From: an uncultured Candidatus Peribacteria bacterium
Lineage (GTDB): Bacteria; Patescibacteriota; Gracilibacteria; Absconditabacterales; Absconditicoccaceae
NCBI GenBank assembly: GCA_964403415.1
Contig: CAYOFF010000001.1
Coordinates: forward strand, 69,834-133,833
Direction: 5' to 3'
DNA length: 64,000 nucleotides
The position numbers and the translations under genes are program-made. The notes under the pieces were generated by a model. It was not told the origin of the DNA. It ran no database searches and saw nothing but the letters and a program-made list of their open reading frames with translations. Each line of letters opens with the position of its first letter. The stretch's first letter is position 1. Positions 57,613-64,000 of the stretch are shown piece by piece.

Positions 57613-60012
57613 ATGTCTATAAAAAAGCACATATTTTTTGTATTGTTTTGATTTTTATTTCCTCTTAATGTCTTTTGTTATGCACAATCTTCATCTCTCG
57701 AGCTTACAGAAGTGTATTTTGATGGTACTGATGAGCGAGTAGAGATCACAAATATTTCGTCAGTACCATTTGTGGGAGAAGTGTCTTTGTCTGGTGCAAA
57801 ATCTTCGTTAGTATCTGCATCTCTTTCTTTGGATCCCTGAGAAAGTATTGTTATTGGTGATGATGGGAAAATGCTTTTGAGTGGGTATGTGTTTATTGGT
57901 AATAACTGATTGCAGTTAGCAGATACATCACAGATAAGACTTTGGTTACATGGTCCATGAGTTGATAGTTTTTTTGAAGTTGATAGTTGACTAGTATCTG
58001 AGTTAAACAATACACAAACTTCTTTGTGCAAAAGCCCGTTACAAGTTGTTGGAGCTTGTGGTGAACAAGATACACATGGTGTTGTTTCCTGAGTGATAGC
58101 AAACCCTTGAATAGTGGGTGAGTGATGGCTGATTCCTGCCTCTGGAGATATTGGTTCGATTGTAGAAAGTGGTGTTTTGTTGTGATCATGAGAAGATACT
58201 ATACTTACGTGAGATGGTATGTTTACATGAGATGGTATAGATGGCGATATTTTTTTAGATACATGATATTTGGAATGAGCGTCCTTGTGTGTGCCTGTGG
58301 AAACCGGTGTAATACAACCTATATATTATCCTTCACCGCTTTTGATTAGTGAAATATATCCATTTTCGAAATATTCTGGATCCTATATAGAAGTGTATGC
58401 GAGGGGTTCGTATAGTTGAGTTGTGTTATTTACGTGAGCAGGTGCGTGAGAAAAATCTTTACGTGTACATGTAGATGTGGATACGTGAGTATATATCGTG
58501 TTTGCTGCAGGGGAGCGATGAGACTACATACTTACCTGACTTTCATTACGTGATGATGGTGAAACAATAGGCCTTGTTGATGATAGTGCTCATGTAATGG
58601 ATAGGGTAGTGTATTATTCGGGATCGTCTATAAAATCTCATTACTTTTCGTCGTACTCATGAGATCTTAGGGTTTTTTCTGCAAAATGAGATATCTCTCC
58701 TCAATATGAAATGTCTATTATTTCTTCCAATGATACAACTAATGTGTGATACGGTGGGTGTTGGATTGATTTGGAGCGCAGTTCAACATATGCGCATGGT
58801 TCGTCTTTAAACTTCAAAGCGGTCTTATTAGACCAGTGATGAAACGAAATGAATGTATCTTCGTACCGCTGTTTACGAGAGTATGGAGATGGTCGCCAGG
58901 AGCAGTGATCCTGTAACCCTTGATGGTTTACGTATTCGTGAGAGGGGTTATATACTATTTCACTTACAGTATTGAATGATAATTTACGCGTGTGTCAGAC
59001 TAAGCAGTTTATTAATTATGTAGATACTACACCTACTAAAACAGTATCTTGATCTAGTAGTTCTACGGTTTCATGCCCGGCAATAACTACACCAAAAACC
59101 ACACAAATACTTGTACAGCAAGCGGTCTCAAATGCCACGTGAATGATTTCTTGAAGTATTATTGGTGCTTTGCCTAATCCTGCATGAAAAGACGGAGATA
59201 ATGAACGTATTTTTGTTCGTATTTCGGGTGATGTGATACGTGCTGAATTATTGGGATTGCGCTTAAAAACCTCTAAAAAACACTATCCTCTCAAGTGATG
59301 AACATCTCTAGGTAGTTGAATGTATGTATTTGATGGTTGATTTGGTCTTCATAATGGTTCGTGATGTTTGGAGTTATTTCAAGAAAGTCGTCTGTTAGAT
59401 ACTTGGTGTTATTCCTCTGTCAAGGAATGAACTGTAATTTGGCGTGATTGAGTAAATATAAATGCTTCCTCAAGTTATACATGAGATTCTATAGCTGCTT
59501 CTTTTGTAAGTAGCTCTGTTCGTGGGGGGCTTGCAGTACCAAAAATATCAGCACCGTCAATAAAAACAACATGATCCAAAACCGCAAAGAGCACAGTTAG
59601 TTGAACATCCTCAAAGCAAGTTACCAAAAAAACATCCACATCTTCTGATGCCAAAGACAAAAAAATACAACAACTTTCAAAAGAAATTACTTCAACGGAG
59701 CGCATAGTTCAACTCCAAAAAAACTACATACACTTACTTTCTAGTGAAATGGGTGCAGTATCTCATGTATTTACTTGAAATAAACTTCAATTGTTTGATA
59801 AAGCATATCGTTCTCTTATGAGTTTTGCTAAACAACAACCTTCTGTTCAAGTTCAAAACACAACCATACCAGTTACTGATATACGTACCTACCTTTCATT
59901 GGTACATAATATACTACCAATCCAATCAGACTTATCTATACCGTATAGTAAAGTACGAGCTGATACTCTACGTCAATACTGATATATGTGGGGTGTTTTG
60001 TATCGTGGATAG
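57613..60012 (+). CDS. Secreted 799-aa protein with lamin-tail-domain (LTD)-like modules
   Basis: Frame 1 is open from ATG 57613 to TAG 60010-60012 with more than 50 in-frame TGA; every line was checked. Signal peptide MSIKKHIFFVLF[G]FLFPLNVFCYA. LTD-like segments: LELTEVYFDGTDERVEITN, LLISEIYPFSKYSGSYIEVYA, IIGALPNPA[G]KDGDNERIFV. Confidence 0.7.
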
Positions 60013-60062
60013 TTGTTTGGGAATGTCTCTGGTAGAGGGGAAATATTTATATTTTTTGTAAA

Positions 60063-60968
60063 ATGTCTAAGCGCTGTTATCTTAAAGGATACTACGGATA
60101 TAAGAACTTTGGGGATGAACTTTTATTGTTTGGGGTTATCTCATATCTTTCGACATTGTGATATACACACGTGGCTATTGAAACGCCACATATACAATGG
60201 CTTCGTGACCGGTGTAAACAACATCAACATCTTTATACATTGCCGTTCTCTGCGTTATCGTTTGTTGCTGCTAATAGTAGAGAAAGGCGATCATTTATGG
60301 ACAAGGTATTTGGTTGAGGAGAGGTTGTTACGGATGCGAGGCCATTTCCGTATAATGGGCGAAATTATTTGTTGTGATTTTTTAAGGATATTCTGCGATG
60401 AAAATACCTGCTTTTGTGAGGGATTTGAACTTTGAGTAGATTATCTACAAAAATACTGTACCGCGCGTTGTTGTGAAAAGCATCATTGATTGTGGTGAGA
60501 GAGGAGGACTCATATCGTGTTGCAGAAAAATATTCTAAACATGTTGTTCAATATCATGACTTTGCATATGACGTACTTTCCGGTCTTGATAGTTGTAGGA
60601 CAGAGAAAATATGAAATGATAATAAAAATGGATATGGTATTATCAATCTTACGCCGTATTTGCGAAATGATGATATTAAAAAACGCATACAATCACTCGT
60701 GAATACATACAGTTGATTGCAATGGTATTCGTTTCCTTGAGAAATAGGGGTGGATGATAAGCGACAACATGAGATTTCAGAACTTGTGCCTTGAATACAA
60801 CGCTTTGACCGGAGTAAATACTCCTTAGAAGAAACAATATCTTTTTTGTCTGGGGCAACATGTGCGTTAGCGAGTAGGCTTCATGTCCTTGTTTGTCTAC
60901 ATCGAGCTGGTGTGCCGTATGAACCAGTAGTGTACCAGGAAAAAATACGCAAATTGGGGTTGGCGTAA
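60063..60968 (+). CDS. Polysaccharide pyruvyl transferase (CsaB/WcaK-like)
   Basis: LKGYYGYKNFGDELLLFGVISYL, F[G][G]GEVVTD, LIVVREEDSYRV, HDFAYDV, ALASRLHVLVCLHRAGVPYEPVVYQEK. TAA at 60966-60968. Confidence 0.65.
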
Positions 60969-60985
60969 GTGTATTTGCTTGTAGT

Positions 60986-61036
60986 ATATATTTATACCTG
61001 CGTGAATATTCCTTCTGTAAGGGTGTAAATATTTAT
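60986..61036 (+). promoter_or_regulatory. Copy C of the module (ends 16 nt before the comEC ATG)
   Basis: ATATATTTATACCTGCGTGAATATTCCTTCTGTAAGGGTGTAAATATTTAT, then ATTGGAGAAATTTCAG-ATG. Confidence 0.5.
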
Positions 61037-61052
61037 ATTGGAGAAATTTCAG

Positions 61053-62543
61053 ATGATTTTCTTTCTGATGTGATTTTGTGTTTTCCATTTTTTTTGGGCG
61101 TATACAGATTCGTTTTTGATTGCATGAGGTGCGGTGGGTGTGTTTTTGTTGTTGTATGTAGCCCTATATTACTGTAATTTGAGGAGAATTGATTCTGGTA
61201 TATATTTTTATCAGACAGTCCGTTACTTTGTCGCATGATTTCTCGTGAGTGTCTGTAGTATATGTGTTTGGGTGTGGGTGCAACAGCTGCAATTGGTAGA
61301 CGAAGAGATTAAAAAGTGGGAAGATAGTTTTTGAACACAAAAGAATATTGTAGATCTTAGTATTGTACAACACGTACGTGCTAATACGTATATTGGTAAA
61401 ACACAAAAGGGATCAAATATATACCTTTCTTCTTTGCATCCTCTTCCTGTAGGGAAACGTATTCTATTTATGTGTTCCCCTGTATGGGCATACAGACCGT
61501 GATGAGACTTGTGAGATGGTTTATGATATCTTTCATGACCATGAGAATGGAGAAAACTTGTTTTGGATGATGATATGCGTTTTCAGCGTCGACTTACGGT
61601 TCGTGGAATGCGTGCGTACTGTTTTGTGTGATCCTTTACTGTTTTGGGAAGTGGAGATCTTCCGTTTTGGTATACTATGAGATTTTCTTTACAGAAAAAA
61701 ATACTGTCATATATAGAGGAACCACTGTATCGTAGCTTACTTTTGTGAAGTACGATTTGAGATGCTTCACAGTTTTCCAAAGAAAAATATCAGCAATTTG
61801 TAGATGCGTGACTTGTGCATCTCTTGGTTGTGAGTGGAGGTAATATTGCTTTGTTATTGACTGTTCTCAGTGTGTTGTTGATATGGCTTCCGATTCGTTG
61901 GAGATGGGTGTTGTGTATGTGTTTTGTTCTGATTTATACGTATATTTGTGGTGCAGATAGTAGTATTCTTAGGGCGGCCGTAATGTCTATTATTACGTTA
62001 TTAGCTATTTTGTGAGGCAGAACTATAGATATATGGAGACTTATTGGGTATGCAATTATCGTACTTTTGGTTGTTAATCCCTATTTTTTGGTATATGATT
62101 TGTGATTTATGCTGAGTTTTTGATCTGTTGCATGAATTTGTCTGTGGAGTCATGTGTGGTGAAAAAATGTATATATGAGGTATTTGTCTTCTCTTTGGGG
62201 CGCTGTATATGGGACTTTACCCATAGTTCTTTTTCTTTGAAATGGATGGAATATTGCTTCAATTTTGGCAAATTTTTGTGTTGAGTTCTTGTATATCTTA
62301 TTGTATGTGATTATTTTTTTTCAGATAGTAGCGATATTGATGGGATGATGGGTGAGTGATGTTATCCAAATATGTGGTAGTTTTATTTCCCAACTCATTT
62401 TTTGGATTGCTGAGGCCGCGGTTACACGAGAAATTCGTCTCGGAACACAGTCTATAATGTATGTGTGTGTTTTTGGGATGGCTTGGTCTGCTTGGTGAGT
62501 TCTTGTATATATTTTCTCTCTCAAAAAGCCTATTCAAAAATAA
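61053..62543 (+). CDS. comEC: ComEC/Rec2 DNA internalisation channel (membrane domain only)
   Basis: Polytopic membrane protein. Core motif [G]LVHLLVVSGGNIALLLTVL...YICGADSSILRAAVMSIITLLAIL[G]. Open from ATG 61053 to TAA 62541-62543; every line was checked. Confidence 0.8.
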
Positions 62544-62555
62544 GTATATTAGATT

Positions 62556-62627
62556 CAAGGGCGCCTGGATTCGAACCAAGTCCTTCGGCTTCGGAGACCG
62601 ACATGCTACCAATAACACCACGTCCTT
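62556..62627 (-). tRNA. tRNA-Arg (anticodon CCG)
   Basis: Minus strand reads AAGGACGTGGTGTTATTGGTAGCATGTCGGTCTCCGAAGCCGAAGGACTTGGTTCGAATCCAGGCGCCCTTG. Anticodon loop CTCCGAA, good T-arm, one A-C mismatch in the acceptor stem, CCA not encoded. Confidence 0.6.
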
Positions 62628-62909
62628 GTGTGAATATGGTGTTTTGTATCGATATTCATGCGTGGTGCAAGACCTATCATACCACAAAAATTACAAATAA
62701 CAACGACATAAGTTGTCACAAAGTAGACAGTGTGTCGTATTCCCCATTAGAGCTGCGAAATTCTGGGTTTTGCGCTCCCGTTCCCGTCGTGTTGTATCGT
62801 ATTGTATTCATGGGTTTTACTTGAATTGACCATGTGAATGCGTAGGATGCTGTGCAGGGAGCAATCCTTTACTATTTCTTTATCTTATATTTATTTTTCC
62901 ATGTACAAC

Positions 62910-64000
62910 ATGAAAAAACTTCTCGCAGGTCTTTCTGCTGCTGCAGTAGCTGCAAGTAGTATGCTCACTCATGTTGCTGTGGCTGCGTATTCTTACGCTG
63001 ATGACGCTGAGTATGTTGCAGCATTCAATTGGTTGCACGACAACGGTCTCACAAGTAAGGACACGCCAGAGGCATTTATGCCAGGCAGCACCATGTTGAG
63101 AGAACATCTTTCAAGATTCGTAACGTATTTTGGTCTTGGTAACCAGTGTTTGGAGCCAGATATGGACGCATCTTGTGACTTTAGTGATCTCTCTTCTGCA
63201 GATGAGACACTACAAAAGTATATTACAACTTCTTGCCAACTCGGTGTACTCAAGGGTTCACAGGGAATGTTTATGCCAGGTAAGTCTGTTACAAAGGCTG
63301 AATTGGCAACAGCACTCGTAAGAATGCTTGACGGAGAGAAGTCAGAAGACGGACCAGTTTGGTACGCTAACTACTTCACTGCTGCTAAGGCACTCGGTCT
63401 TACAAAAGACGCATCTTGGGCTAACTGGGGTAATCCAGTGTCAAGATACGAGGCTGCTCTCATGCTCTATAGAGCTAGAGATACACAGGCACAGTGTGAC
63501 TTCGATCCTACAAAGATCGAGAATGATAACGATCTTTGGGATTGGTTGGAGCAGTTGTTCGGTGATGGTACAACCACTACAGGAACAACTGATACAGGAA
63601 CAACTCCTGTTACATCAAACGGAATGGTTAAGGCTATGCTAAGTGATACAACACCAGCAGGAGGAAGAGTAGCTGGTTTGACGTCATTGAATGTAGCTTC
63701 ATTCAAGTTGATGGGAGAGAGAGACGACACTGTTCTCCAAACAGTTACTGTTGAGAGATTCGGTCTTAATAGCAGCACGGCTGTTTCTAAGGTAGAGCTC
63801 GAGATCAACGGTGAAGTTGTTGGAAAATCTAAGTCACTCAATAGTGATGGGAAGGCAGTCTTCTCATTCTCTAAGCCAGTGACGATTAAGGCAGGTCAAC
63901 ATGTTACTGTAGATGTAGTTGCTACTATTGGTGACTCATCAGGTTCAAGTAACCAGGACTTCAGAATGGGTCTTGTTGCATTTGATACCAACGGTACTGA
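62910..64000 (+). CDS. S-layer-type surface protein with three SLH-like repeats then a beta-rich region. Partial; it runs off the right edge.
   Basis: MKKLLAGLSAAAVAASSML signal peptide. SLH-like segments: FSDLSSADETLQKYITTSCQLGVLKGSQGMFMPGKSVTKAELATALVRML, plus two more. Open to the window end (an in-frame ATG also sits at 62901). I saw no in-frame TGA in about 363 codons. Confidence 0.8.
   Translation, partial: MKKLLAGLSAAAVAASSMLTHVAVAAYSYADDAEYVAAFNWLHDNGLTSKDTPEAFMPGSTMLREHLSRFVTYFGLGNQCLEPDMDASCDFSDLSSADETLQKYITTSCQLGVLKGSQGMFMPGKSVTKAELATALVRMLDGEKSEDGPVWYANYFTAAKALGLTKDASWANWGNPVSRYEAALMLYRARDTQAQCDFDPTKIENDNDLWDWLEQLFGDGTTTTGTTDTGTTPVTSNGMVKAMLSDTTPAGGRVAGLTSLNVASFKLMGERDDTVLQTVTVERFGLNSSTAVSKVELEINGEVVGKSKSLNSDGKAVFSFSKPVTIKAGQHVTVDVVATIGDSSGSSNQDFRMGLVAFDTNGT

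Noticed and set aside
1-64000. The highly fragmented ORF track suggested a genome full of pseudogenes or a poor assembly.
   Set aside because: Fragments of one gene always share a frame and are separated only by TGA, never by TAA or TAG. The TGA positions coincide with conserved glycines. This is recoding, not decay.
1-64000. TGA=Trp (table 4, Mycoplasma-like).
   Set aside because: The TGA positions sit in P-loops (GxxGxGKT), ELGG, GGSTITQQ and EGCLS, where Gly is invariant and Trp would be incompatible.

Overview
This is a gene-dense chromosomal window from a bacterium that reads TGA as glycine. That is translation table 25, known only from Absconditabacteria/SR1 and Gracilibacteria in the CPR/Patescibacteria. 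The supplied standard-code ORF track is therefore systematically fragmented. I re-read both strands by eye with TGA=Gly, and almost every fragment joins into an intact gene ending in TAA or TAG.

Recognisable content:
- Cell wall: PBP1A, a LysM-CHAP hydrolase, a FemAB-type transferase, MurG.
- Translation and RNA: def, argS, frr, rsmI, tilS, trhO, YceD.
- DNA: dnaX, a C-terminally truncated uvrB, a DEDD exonuclease.
- DNA uptake: comFC, comM, comEC.
- Sugar activation: galU and a second nucleotidyltransferase.
- Other enzymes: an aldehyde dehydrogenase, a small GATase, a histidine phosphatase.
- Six tRNAs: Ser-TGA, Gly-GCC, Thr-GGT, Val-GAC, Cys-GCA, Arg-CCG.

Unusual content:
- Very large orphan or surface proteins: a 1976-aa ORF, a 1436-aa PKD-repeat protein, and orphans of 1026, 804 and 799 aa, plus an SLH/S-layer-like gene running off the right edge.
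- A 636-bp convergent gap packed with helically phased 11-bp TTTACA repeats and perfect palindromes, with a second array 2.2 kb away.
- A roughly 50-nt upstream module present in at least five copies.
- An in-frame RNase HII-QueH fusion.
- An apparently circularly permuted GT4 glycosyltransferase.
- Two tandem T4SS-pilin-like genes.

Limits: no rRNA, CRISPR array, complete IS or prophage was seen. All calls come from manual translation and motif recognition. No searches were run, and start codons are the least certain coordinates.
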